DNA of 64,000 nucleotides, from the NCBI GenBank assembly GCA_045837725.1, contig JBEWZL010000096.1:1-64000 (forward strand), given 5' to 3'. This stretch comes from Vermamoeba vermiformis (taxonomy: Eukaryota). A program made the position numbers and the translations under genes. The notes beneath the pieces are model-generated. The model searched no databases and had not been told where the DNA came from. It saw only the letters and a program-made list of their open reading frames with translations. Positions 13,553-31,056 of the stretch are shown here, one piece after another. Positions within the stretch are counted from its first letter, which is position 1. Each line of letters opens with the position of its first letter.

Positions 13553-13615
13553 CCATAAATAACCGACGGAGGGAGTCGATCGACTGATGTTGTTCCGTCT
13601 AACATAGCCTGTGGT

Positions 13616-14963
13616 TTAAGGAAGTTGTGGACGCTTTTTCGATTTTCGCGCCTTTGAGGGGAACTTTAAATCACCAACACTAATATTAGCAAGCTTCTGT
13701 TGCATGATTTGCACATCGTCGATCTGTCCAACTTCTGAATAAAGTCCAATCAGTCGTTCCATGGCTGCTTTCTCGTGCTGCTTGATCCACAGCACATACT
13801 CGTATTCTTTTATTGCCGCACGAATGTCGCCAGTGGATTCGAACAATTGACCTTTGAGAGATGCGGACGAGCTCTGACTACGCTGACTGGCACACCTTTT
13901 AACATTTCGATAGCCGTGTCATAACACTCCAATGGGTCCTTATTGGATCCATCTTTAAACTCCTCTAAATATTGTCGTTAGTTAGCTAGCCGCAACTAGT
14001 AGGGACCAACGAACCTGCGGTAGTTAAAATAATTCCCATGGCTAGCGGCCACAGATGATTGTCGTGGTCCATATGAGACTCGCAAACATCGATTGCTTCT
14101 TTAACGAGTCCTCGCTCTAACAGCAGCTGGACCTTGGTGAAGTACAGTCTCTGGCGCCACGAGGTATCTTCCATCTCCATCTGCGGATTTTCAAGCATTC
14201 TGGTTACGAAATTAAACGCCTCTTCTGATTTACCCTGCATTATATTAATAATGTGATTATGCAAGAAAACCTCGCCCTTACTGTGTGAAGAAGTGCCTGT
14301 GCATACTCATCGTACAAGTTTGGCGGAATTTCTTCTTGACGCAAGTGCGAAAGTAACATCAATACGCGTTTATGATTGTGACTATTTGGCGATCGTTAAT
14401 AACTTTTAGCGATTTGAAAATGTTTGACAGCGTGCTCACTCTAGATTTGCTTTGTGAACTTTGTCAGCGAGGCTGTTTTTCTTCTGCGCAAAATAGCAAA
14501 TCATCATATACAAAGCTTGATATTCTTTGTCATATTGTTCTTTGTTGGCATACCGTGCAGCTCGCACAAGCCATTTTGATTCGAGTTTTGAAAGTTCTTT
14601 CTTTTTTTGGACCGTCTGATCTAAAACAATAATATTATTATTAGACATGCAACCACTATTACTTGCATACCATAAGTCTCAGCCAATTTTTGGAAAGCTT
14701 TTACAAATTTTCCGTGCAGGTGTGAAGAGTATTGCCCTAAACTAAGAATTAAAAATCTTTCACGTATTTTATGTTTGCCTACTTTGCCCTCCAAGCTCTT
14801 TAAATGAACTTCTTAGCGTCAAATTAATATTGTTTATATTTTTTTGTGCACTTGATTGTTTTTTGAACATGGATGTGTAATGATCTTGGAGCAATCCAGT
14901 TTGACCAGTGCATGAAGCTCTGCTGACCGCTGTACGCTCAAAAAACCGCAGAAACCGATTCAT
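13616..14963 (-). CDS. TPR-like helical repeat protein, possibly mitochondrial (start uncertain: 14978, 14963 or 14870)
   Basis: KGQLFESTGDIRAAIKEYEYVL and ERLIGLYSEVGQIDD resemble TPR motifs. The N-terminus MNRFLRFFERTAVSRAS is Arg/Ser-rich. One apparent frameshift near 13856-13862. Confidence 0.55.
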
Positions 14964-15012
14964 TGTTGTCGATTTCATGACTGAATAAATAATTCGCGTT
15001 TATTTACATGTT

Positions 15013-19864
<4,852 letters not shown>

Positions 19865-20530
19865 TGTTACACCTTATTGGACCTAAGCAACTGCCGTGCT
19901 CATTCTAATTTATAGGTGCTCCTATGCTGTTTTTTGGTTGAAATCACTTCTCTTTTCGTTCTCGGAGCGCGGTGAAATACAAAACAGACGTTTGTCGGCG
20001 ATTTCTAGAAGGTCAAGCACAAACGAAAACAAGCACGCAACATATTTAATTAGTAACAAGTAGATACTCAGTTCGTAGCTACACAATAAGACGCCCAGGC
20101 TTGAGTTGCTTTCAATGGAATTGATCTGATTTTTCTACTGTTAAAACGTTTGGTTACCCGATTTCGAATGGCCAATTTTGTTGCAGTAAATATTAGATAT
20201 GTTCGGTTGTGAATGTATCGTCTAATAACCACGCTTTCTTTGCGGCTGATCTAGAAGCTTCCAAAATAACGGCGAAGAAATTACAGCACATCTTTATATA
20301 CTGGAAATGTTGTTAAGATCTATGCAGCTAGCTATATAGTTGCACGTCGTAGTGGAGAGAAAACCCCTTAATCATCTTCGGAATTCCGAACACGTGCTCC
20401 TCCAAACCTCACCCTAAAAATTCGTTATTAGCATCTTCTACCACCAACAGTTACCACACTTCTTTGATAGATATAATTGCATGCAAAGCTAATTGAGGTT
20501 CATACTTAGCAATTGAACTTGAAGACCAGC

Positions 20531-22810
20531 ATGGCAGAAATTTTAGTAACGAATGATAATAAGATTAGACCAAAAGGTGCGTATATAATAATATTCCCTT
20601 TATTTTAAAATTATTGTGACTCAATAGAAAAATAGACGAAAGGTAAAGTTCTCGATCTAATCTGTTTACCCATTAGAAAAACGGAAGAAAGCAAAGAAAG
20701 TCATAGTGGTTTATCGCAATCAAGAACACACATTTATCTTGTCAAAGGATCAATCATTTGAAAAGTTACTCACGGACAGTGCCCGGCATTGGAGCCTGAA
20801 TCCGGACGACTTTGAGCTGCAAGACGAAGACTCGTGCACATTACCACTATCAGGTACTTTGAAAAGACTAGCTGATCCGTCGGTCGCCCGCTCATCCGTT
20901 CCGTCGCGAGGAGGAAAATTGGACTAAATTTGAGATACTTATTTATTTACTTAGCAATTACGCACCCGTCCTAATATTCGATACTTTAGGACATGTTTTA
21001 GAGACGCTCGATTTTTCTAGCGATGAAGAGTTGGATGATTTTGAATATGAGACACGATCCACGCACCACAAACAAAGAATATACCTGCGTCCAATCGACG
21101 GATACCACCCGTTGCCTCCAGGATCGCCCTCTTCTCCTCGAACGCGAGCAATTTCGATGGTGCACAGCAAGTCCGAGCCATTGTCACCAATGTTTGAACA
21201 TCCAAATCCGCTCCTTACACAATTGAAAGATCAGCATTTTTCAATCAGCTCACCAACTAACGGAACAACCACTCGTGCACTAGAGCGTAAGAAAACCGTT
21301 ACTGTGGAGAAGAGTCCTCTGTCAATGTCTGGCGAAAGGTCACTGAGCTCTCCAAACACAAACGCTAAACAACCAAGCCCCGAAGAAATAGCAAGTGCTG
21401 TACAGTCATCACAAAGCACACCACTGCCTACTCGACCTCAATCACCGAACGATGATGATACACCCGATCACCAATTCAATTCCAAAATTAAGTTCATCAA
21501 GTGCGATATTGAGTGTCACGAAGTCGTGCAACACTTTTCAGAGCTTAGAATCAAACCCGCAACTTCTAAAAACGTAAGAAATCGTCATTGCAATTAATTA
21601 TCTTACGAAGTATTTCCGTAGGTATTATTGAAATTTGAAGCACCTCCCCAAGTAGTTCTTATAGTAATCAAAAAAGATGACCCTGAAGTTACAGAATGCT
21701 TCAAACAAGTTGCAAGATGGCTAAAAGAAGAAAAGAAAGTTCAGGTGGTTGTTGAACCGCACTTGATTAAACAAGTTCACGAGGCTGAGGATCTGAGCCT
21801 GATGCCCTATACAAAGTGTAAGCCAGAAATTCATTCTCACAGTCGCACTAACTCATTTGCAGTTGACACCAATGACCTCGATTTTGTAATTACTATGGGT
21901 GGAGATGGCACTGTCTTATACACGAACTCTTTATTCAAAAAGCACACCCCACCGATATTTGCGATGCACTTGGGCTCACTAGGCTTTTTATCACCATTTA
22001 GTAAGTACTTTACGACCGTGGAAGATTTGCTGACTAATAGCCTTCTAGAATTTCGGAATTTCAAAAAGAGTCTACTTTCAGTATTCCAAAGCGAAAGCTT
22101 ATTGACACTACGGTCACGTCTGCATTGCGTGCTCGTCAGTGGTGGTCAAAACCGCGTTGAAACAGAATTCACAGTCTTAAACGAAGTTGTGATTGATCGC
22201 GGATCCTCTCCGTACTTGTGCGACTTGGAGTGTTATTGTGATGGTCACAAAGTCACTAATGTTCTGGCCGATGGGTATGTGGTAATAAGAACGCGTAGTT
22301 ATTTGTAACTAACCACGTGCAGTATAATTATCTCTTCAGCCACGGGTTCAACAGCCTATTCGTTATCTGCAGGTGGCAGCATTGTTCATCCACAGGTAAC
22401 ATACACTCAACTGTTTAATTGCATGAACTAATGTCTTCACTAGGTTCCTGCCATTCTGTTTACACCTATTTGTCCACACTCGCTATCGTTCAGACCTTTG
22501 CTGTTCCCTGATGCGGTCGAGTTACGAATTCAGGTACGTGACAGTAATCAAGTTTTTGAGGTTGTTGCGCGATACTAATAGCCTGCAGCTTCCTCGACGA
22601 AGTCGTGCCACAGCTTGGGCCTCTTTTGACGGTCGAACACGAACAGAAATCAAGCACGAGGACTACCTGATTATCAAGATATCGAAGTATCCCTTCGTTT
22701 GTATAAACTCAATTGATACTGTCGGCGATTGGTTCAAGAGTCTTGGAGACTGCCTGCACTGGAATGACCGACAGAAACAAAAAGCATTTGTACAGACTAC
22801 TATCAATTAA
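20531..22810 (+). CDS. NAD(+) kinase with N-terminal ubiquitin/PB1-like region and Ser/Pro-rich linker
   Basis: [58 protein letters not shown]. Confidence 0.92.
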
Positions 22811-22859
22811 ATCCTGCGGCGATGTTTATTTTACGATCCTAGAATTTTTGTGCAACACA

Positions 22860-24207
22860 ATGCAGGGTGCCGAACCTGTATTGACTCGGAGGAAGCCACC
22901 TTCTACCAGTGATGGAAGCGATAGCTCTAGTAGCAGCGAGGAGCCCTCTCCACAGGTCGCGAAGAGGCTCGCTGCTAATCCAGTTCGCCCTGTGGTGCAA
23001 CCTCAAGATAATACAACACTTCTTTTGTCAATAATAGTGGCATTATTAATTTCTGCAACCCTGTTCACCTATTTTTATATGAATTTAAAACAAGCCGGAT
23101 TCATAAGAGACACTTTTACACGTAAGCAATTTTTTAAATTACCCAAAAATTCAAATAATTCGAATTTATTGATAATCGCACACCTCACATGTAGAGAAAT
23201 ATCGAGATATAAATGCAGAATTACAAGTCGAACTTGCCGCGATAATGAAGGGATCCGATGTTTCAGTAAGTTTACTCTGATGTTGTAGCCTTATAATAAT
23301 ATTGGTATAGTTCAATATTAAAAGACAAGCGATATGCACGAAATGTCAGGGCACTGGTGCAAGATCTACGGATGACATAATCGTTTGCTCGCACTGCCGA
23401 GGACGAGGCTCTCGCACTGTGCAACAACGAATGGGACCAATGACATGGGAAGTAGAGCAAAGGTACGCCAGTCATAAGCTCCTAAAATTGGTTTTTAACG
23501 TGTCCTCAGATGTCCTTATTGTGGAGGTGCTGGCAAGCAAATTAAACACAAATGCGATGTTGTAAGTCACGAATAACATGCATTGCATTTAGTAACTGTA
23601 GCCTACTTTAGTGCCACGGCCAAACGGTACTTCAAGTCGAGAATAAAATTGACATCAAGCTGCCCAAAGGAGCCCCGGAAGGATACATTATGGTGAGGAA
23701 CTAAGATCACCACATAACGACTCTGACCAAGTTAGGTTGTGGAAGGAAAAGGAGACGAAGCACCGGGCTATGCACCAGGAAATCTCAATATCAAATTAAC
23801 TACGGCCGAAAACTCGCATTTTAAAAGAAGACGTAAGCGGAGACATCGGGGTAGTCCTAACAATATCTAACTAACGACTTTAGCGAACAATATTGATCTG
23901 GAGTATCATATGGTACTATCTCTATTGGAGGCACTGACTGGATTTGAGAGAGAAATTGACCTGCCCACGGGAGAAGTGTACAACCTCAAACGAACAACGG
24001 TGACGCAACACGGTGAACAGATTGTTGTGAGCGGAAAAGGCGTGCCAAAATACTCGGGCTACGGCTCAGGTGATTTGATTGTTCACGTGTCAGTAAGTTT
24101 TCCGGATGCGCTGTCAGAAGACGATAAAAAACGTACGTACCACCACGAAACTAAATCAATGCTCAAGCTAACCCGTTAATCCAGTCGTGGAAAGACTACT
24201 CAAGTAA
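22860..24207 (+). CDS. DnaJ type-I-like protein (zinc finger plus C-terminal domains) with an N-terminal TM helix and no J domain
   Basis: CTKCQGTG, CSHCRGRG, CPYCGGAG, CDVCHG; GKGDEAPGYAPGNL; LSLLEALTGFE; GKGVP..GDLIVHVSVSFP. TM segment LLLSIIVALLISATLFTYFYM. No HPD motif. Confidence 0.8.
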
Positions 24208-24328
24208 ATAAAGATGCATTGTGTACCAGCAAAGGACAACTTCTCTAGGAGAACACTTTCCCAAGAATTTCTCGGTTCGCGGCTGCAAAAAGTGGGTTCG
24301 TTTGCGCGAAGCAATTTATCTTTCTCCT

Positions 24329-26712
24329 ATGTGGGATCCACAACACAAGAATGATAGCATCCAGCTGAACGGCACCGATGTAGCCTATATGAGCAAAGAA
24401 AGCTCAGATGAGCTCGTTGGTACCGTGATCGGTCTGCCTGCTGTAAAAAAATATGCTAAATATTTTGAAATAACCATAGAAAAAAACAGAGGCGCAGTAT
24501 TCGTCGGTAGGATTGATTCGTAACGAAAGCGAATTTAAATTAATTTTCGATCGAAGGTTGGATGGATGCAACCGCCACTCTGATGTTTCCAGAAAAAGAT
24601 CCTATGTTGAGTGGTATTGGCAATAGCATAAGTAAGTTTTTTTAAAACAAGCATAAATTGAGAAAATAACCGGATCTGTCAAAACATGATTAATGTTGGG
24701 ATTAACCATTAATTTAAAAGAATCATGGGCTATGGATTCTTATACAGGCTCGATAGGTATGGATGCTTTAATTTTTTTCATGTAATTTAAAATTTACGAA
24801 ATTCTGTGTGAATATCAGGCCACAATAACAAATGGAAGAAGGATTACGGAACAAAATTGAAAGGAGGAGACGTGATTGGCAGTGGTTACGATCCTGAAAC
24901 AGGCGTTATATTCTTCGTAGTCAATGGTATCAATCTCGGCGTCGCTTTCGATAACGTACCCAAAGGTCTGAAGCTGCACCCCGCGGTATCCATGCGCTAC
25001 AATGAAACTCGTGTTAGAGCTAATTTCGGTGCTCATCACAAGCCCTTCAAATACGATTTAACCAAACTGAGCGAGCAGTTAACTCACTTGGGTCGAAACA
25101 TTCAACGATCGAGCACGGTCTCTGCAGTTCTAAACGGTGAAAAATACGCTCCACTGGCACTGACAAATCCTGAACAATTGCAAAGAGAGCGCGAAGTTGC
25201 TGCATTAAGCGAGCGCGCCAATCTCAACCATTCTCAATTCTGTTCGTTGCCCGAGGAAGTTATTTCGGTAAGGCTCTTCATGTGCGGTAGAACTCTTCTT
25301 GTTGCTAACATCGATTTTCAGAACATCTTTTCGAATTTCAAAGCCATAGACTTGGTCCAAACATTCCGAGTTAGCAGACTGTGGTACCGACTTGCTTGCG
25401 ACAACAAAGTCTGGCGAGCTGTGCTGCAGAAGCAATTCAACATTCAAACTAGCATCCCCGAGGAGGAAAACGACTCCGAGGAAGAACCTAAGAAGGCCTC
25501 GCTTCCCCTGACTTACCATGAGGAGCACCACGAGCTCATGGGCATATTCAAAACACGTTATAATTGGCTGCGTGGACAGTACGTGCACGAGCGTTCGTAC
25601 AAAGTAGGAGCAGGAGTCAACTGCTTGCAATTTGACGATCGCTATTTGGTGTGCGGCATTGACCAAGAGATCCTCGTTTACGACATCAACTCCGGAGAAC
25701 TGCTGAACCCAACGATATTCCAAGACGCCAATGTCTTAGCACTTCAATTCAAAGATGATAACTTGGTCTGGTATGTTAGCTCTCAGCCTTTCTGCAAATC
25801 TAATTATAACTTAAACAGTGGAAGCTCAGACGGCTTCGTGAAAGTGATTGATTTGAGCTGCGGAATTACGAAGTGGCAGAAAAAAGCGCACAACGGTCAA
25901 ACTGACACATTGCACTTCTTGAACAACGGTATGCTCGATGCTTAACTTAACCCACAGGCGAGTAAACTAACGTTGTGCTAGAAATCCTCACTGGTGGTTG
26001 GGACGGTCACTTGAAAGTTTGGGACTTGGAAAGCGGCAAGCTGCGCAACAACATTCCCGTGCACACCGATACCGTGCTGTGTGCTCGCTTCGCGGACTCT
26101 GCTGGCTCCAGCACCATATCTTCAGGCAACGACAAGGCCTTGGCTTTGTGGAGCTTGAACAGCAACAGCATAATCACCAAGTTCTCGTCGGAGAACTACG
26201 CGGGCACCGTCAACTGTATTCACACCAACCTCGATGACGTAAGCATAGATAACGCTAAATTGACCTGTTGCTAACCTGAATGCTCAGCACACTATCGTGA
26301 TCGGAGACGAGAACACCGTTCGAATGTATGACGCGCGTAACACAAGTGCTCCATGGACCTCGTTGAAGGGGCCAAAGAGCGCTGTGCTTGCACTTCAATA
26401 TGATCCTAAGAGCGGCAAGATTGTTACCGGCGGTACTAACAATCGTGTGACTGTGTGGCACGCGAAGACTGGAGGCGATCTGTACTCAATTAAAATGCCG
26501 GGGGTTGGTAAGTCCTACCAGAATATCACCATTTAAGCATCTACTAACGGTTGTGTGCAGTGAAAGGCCTGCAATTCGACGACAAGAAGTTGGTTATTGG
26601 TGGCGACTACACCCACCGCGTGAAGCAGTTCAATTTTGAGCAGGGCACACGTGTGCTAGACGAAGACGAGCTGAACGACATGCGTGATTATTGGTTGTCG
26701 CGTGAGAACTAA
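24329..26712 (+). CDS. SPRY-F-box-WD40 protein
   Basis: SPRY: YFEITI, GDVIGSGYD..G.IFFVVNG.NLGVAF..LHPAVSM. F-box: LPEEVIS|NIFSNF..DLVQTFRVSRLWYRLACDNKVWR. WD40: TGGWDGHLKVWDL, SSGNDKALALWSL, TGGTNNRVTVW. Confidence 0.85.
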
Positions 26713-26823
26713 GCGAACACAATACATTGTAAATAGATCGATTTTATTAAACAAAACAACACTTATATACAATAACGCAATCTTTGTCGGATGCGGAGGT
26801 GATCCCAAGATACGCAATAGAAA

Positions 26824-27932
26824 ATGGTAATCTCAAAATAATTTGCGCTGAATATGAATTAAACAAGAATCCGTACATAGGCCGCCATTAAATATTACAA
26901 CGCAAAGACACGTAAGTAATGGATTTCCTCGGCTGAAAATTTATTTGATACGTTGCCAACGATTACAAGCCAGAATAATTACTAATTAATCCAATTTTAT
27001 TAGGTCTATTAACAAAATTTATTTTTGTTTTCGTGCATCTGGCTGTTGGAGGAGGTCTTGCAATTTATTCAGCGTGGAGAGAAGTACCAATAGTTACGGC
27101 AGGATTTTTTTTCACTGCTTTCATTACATTTATTCTTCATCACCTTGCTTCGGTCGATCCTGGATTCCTTGAGGTGAACGAGTCAGGTCAGGCTTCTTCG
27201 TCGTTTTTTCTCGTAGCAACAGTACAGCATATGCTAACATGTGACTAGACCAACATAGTCTGTTAAATAATCGGAATGGAGATGGAGCACCGGCACGGCA
27301 CTGTGACATCTGTAACTTGGATCAGCCCGTGCGAACCAAGCATTGCTCGACGTGTAATCGGTGTATTGATCGCTATGGTACATACTAGTGAGATATTTAT
27401 ATCTTATGATACTTGTTTTAATCGTAACATCGCCCTCAGATCATCACTGCACCTTCATTGGAGTTTGCGTTGGATCGAAGAACCACACCATGTTTTGGCT
27501 TTATCTCTTCGTGCAAACAATATGCGTCATATTTGTACAGATGATGGTACGTACCCCCAGCATAAGCACTGCTACTGTGATACTTAAGGACTAAATCAAC
27601 AGAATATTCCAAACATTCAACGACCACCGCCCGAGTCAACAAAGAACTGGTTCTGGTACAACTTGCCATTCCTCTACATCAGCTTTATTCTCTTTGGTAT
27701 CTTCCTACTGCCGTCTCTAATGTTGTTCTACCATACTTTCTTGATGCTAACTAATATGACGACGTGGGAACAAACGCGAAGAAAGAAGATCACGTACTTG
27801 AAAGATCTGCCGCGTGACTTGAACCCGTTTGACCTTGGCTGGGTAAATAACATGAAACAGTTTTTCACCGTGCTGCCATTTCAACGGATAAACTGGAGTG
27901 CCGAAGCGAGTGCAGCAGCGAAAGAGCAATGA
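26824..27932 (+). CDS. DHHC palmitoyltransferase
   Basis: DPG motif; HCDICNLDQPVRTKHCSTCNRCIDRY|DHHCTFIGVCVGSKNH; NMTTWE; NPFDLG. The first coding exon appears to be the ATG alone. Confidence 0.92.
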
Positions 27933-28148
27933 CAATTAGCGACTTCTACGCAGGCCAATTCCAATGCGCTAGAAGTCTAAAACTTGCACAAGGTCCTTGC
28001 CATAATTAGTTTGGCGTTGTAAATTGTGGATAATAGGACAAAAACCCGGCGGAAAGTTTCGTGAATAAATTTGAACGCGGGTGTCAAAATCTGTCTTGCG
28101 CCCAACATTTTTTAATTTTATTTATTGGCAGCTAGTGGACACATAACA

Positions 28149-30970
28149 ATGAGTGACTATAAGAACGCAATTGCAGTGATTGAGGCTCGCGCTGAAGAAG
28201 CAGAGAGATCTCTCCGTGCCACTCGCCAAACGTTGGCAGCGACCGAGGCAAAAGTCGAAGATCTTCAAGCTCAATTGAAAAAGAAGCAAGCTTCCTTCGA
28301 TGACTTGGAGAACAGAACTTTGTCTGCTGAAAGACGTGCTAAAGCTGCCGAGGGCTCCGTGTCTAATCTGGAAAGCCAGATTGGCAGTTTGAAGGCCCAA
28401 ATTGCCCCCTTGAATGCCAAAATTGAAGAAGGCGAGAGACTGACGCGCAAATTGAAGGTAAATATTATTTCGGAAATTAATTTGTAAATTTGATATTGTG
28501 ATCTGCTAGATGAGATATTTTCGAATTTTGCTGCTTAAGCACTTGCGATACTTGAATATTGAGCGATAAATATTTAAAATAGCACCGAATCCACTCTTTT
28601 GGATATTGCAATGTTTCAATTAGATTTTTGATCTAGATCCGCTGTTTTCCTTCGAAACTCGTCAACTTATATATTTCCTTTAGTCCGACCTCAACGCCGC
28701 CAACTTAGCCGTGGAGAAGGAAATAGAAAAGACAAAGCAAGCAAATGCAGACCGCGAGAAAGCTAATGCTCAAGTCTCTAACTTGGAGCGTCAAGTACGT
28801 TTATAAATATAATAGTTATATTTATTTATTATTAATCCAATACGAAAGATGTCAACGTTGAAACAACAAGTTCAAATTCAATCAGACCGTGCAGATTCAG
28901 CCGCTTCCAAAGCTGTCCAGGTGGAATCAAAGAACAGTGAATTGCAAACAAAGTACGTGATAAAATTATACCGGTGTTTTACGACAATTACTAATGCGTC
29001 CAAAGATTGACAGCTGTCGAAGGCAAAGTCAAGGAACTGAACTTGAAACTGGAGGAAATTGAAGAAAAATACAGAAAGGCTCAAGCTGACGTCCTTAACG
29101 CTCAAAAAGAGGGCGAGGAGTTAAACAGAAAATTGACCCAAGCAAAGTAGGTTCCCAATCGCTTTATAAATGTTTGAGTTTCCTAACAACGAACTAGATC
29201 CGAGTTGAACAAGACCGTTGGCAGCACTGAAGGAACTTCCTTGAGAGTACGTGAGCTTGAGGCTCAACTGACCCGCGCAGAAGGCGAAGCCAATGCACTG
29301 AGAGGCCGCGTCAAAGTCGCTGAAGAGCGTCTTCAAGCTTTGGCCGAGGAGAAGAGTCTCAGTCGCAAAGACGAGGTTGCCGTTGGCACTAAAGAAGAGG
29401 CCTACAGACGTGACATTCAACACTTGAAGGAGCAGTTGAAGAACGCTGAAACCTTGGCCATCGAGAAGGCTGAACGTGCTAACGAGTCCTCCAAACAAGT
29501 TTTGGAGCTCGAAAAGCAATTGATGCAAGCTCGTGCCGTTATTGAGGAAAGCAAGAAGGGCCTTGGCGGTGACGAGGTACGACGGGCTGAACTTCAATCT
29601 CAAGCCCACTCTGCCAGTCAACTGGCTGAGAAATACAGAATTGAAGCCGAGGCCAACAAGGAACGCGTTAAAATTGTTGAAGCCCGTGCTGATCAAGCCG
29701 AGGAGCGTGCCAGAGAACTTGAAGCCAAGTTGCGTGGTGTTGAAGCTGATTTGCTTGGCACTAAGAACAAGCTCAGTGAGGCCAACAGCCGTATTTCAAT
29801 GCTCGAAGAGTCCACTGGCGAAAGCAAGGCCAAGTATAGCAGCGTTGAATCTCAAACGACTCACTTGCAACAAGAAGTTGCTGGCTGGAAGTTGAAGACT
29901 CAACAGGCCCAACAAAGAGCCGAGCAACTCGAACAAGACGTAGCTGGTTTGAAGGCGCTCAGCAATCAACACCAGCAACAAGTCGAGGACTACGACAGAC
30001 AGTCCCGTGCTTTGAAGAACGAGAAGAGCAAGCTCGAAGGAATGCTCACGGAACGCGACGAACGTATCAGCCAACTCGAGAAGTCATTGCAAACTGTAAG
30101 TTATATTCACTTCTGTATTCGCACCATTACTGACCGTTGCACCAGACTGAGAACTTGTTGGCCCAAGTCAAAGCTGTTGCTGAGGCTGAGAAGAAGGGCA
30201 TTGGTCAATCCGAACTCCGCAGCGAAGAGCTGAACTCTCAATACGCCTTGGCCAACCAACGCGCTGAGCAATACAGGTAAGAATTACTTGTTTGGACCAA
30301 TAATGCTTGATGCTAAACCTCGTGTTTAGAATTGAAGTCGAAGCCTTGAAGTTGAGAGCCAAAAACTTGGAAGAGAGAATCGAAGTCTTGGAAGAGGAGA
30401 AACGTGACGCTAGAGCTGCTCACCAAACCCTCGAGAACGAGCTCTTGTCGACCAAGGTACGCGACTTTCAGACTAGAGTGAACATTGTGTTTACTGTAAT
30501 TACAGAACAAACTCATCGAAGCCAATGCTCGTGTCAATGTTTTGGAGGAAACACACGGCTCAACAAACGCCAAGTACAGCTCAGTCGAGTCTCAAACTAG
30601 TCAATTGGCGGTATGTCTCGTGCTGGATGAGCATTGTTGTACGTACTAACGTCTATACCAGAACGAATTAACCTCCGCCAAGCTGCGTTACCAAACAGCT
30701 GAAAGCAAGGTTATTGAGATGGAGCAGCTATTGGCCGAGGCTCGTGCTATCAAAAACAAGGCTGAGCACCAAGCTGAAGAGTTGGACCGTCAACTCCGCG
30801 CGACTAAGCAAGAAGTGTCCAAGGTGGAGTTGATTGTTGAGTCTCGCGAAGCCCGCATTCTGGAACTCGAAGAGGAGATGAAAATGGTATGTAGCATAGC
30901 AAGATGCTTAATAGACGTAGCTAACGTCCCTCTGCAGCTCAAAAACCGCTTGGCTTCTCCGATCCACTAA
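28149..30970 (+). CDS. Long coiled-coil protein (tropomyosin/myosin-tail-like) with an internal repeat
   Basis: E/K/A/Q-rich heptad pattern throughout, no globular domain seen, multiple GT-AG introns. KYSSVESQT occurs twice. Confidence 0.8.
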
Positions 30971-31056
30971 ATAGAACTAGCAACTGTCACGAACGCTTGC
31001 AAGTGAATGAGGAAGTACTCGACCAGAAAGACTTGTACATAAACACAATATTTAAT

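Noticed and set aside
29121-29696. Long antisense ORFs here and at 12378-12824, 25205-25723 and 45023-45506
   Set aside because: Shadow frames of well-supported genes on the opposite strand, with no motifs of their own.
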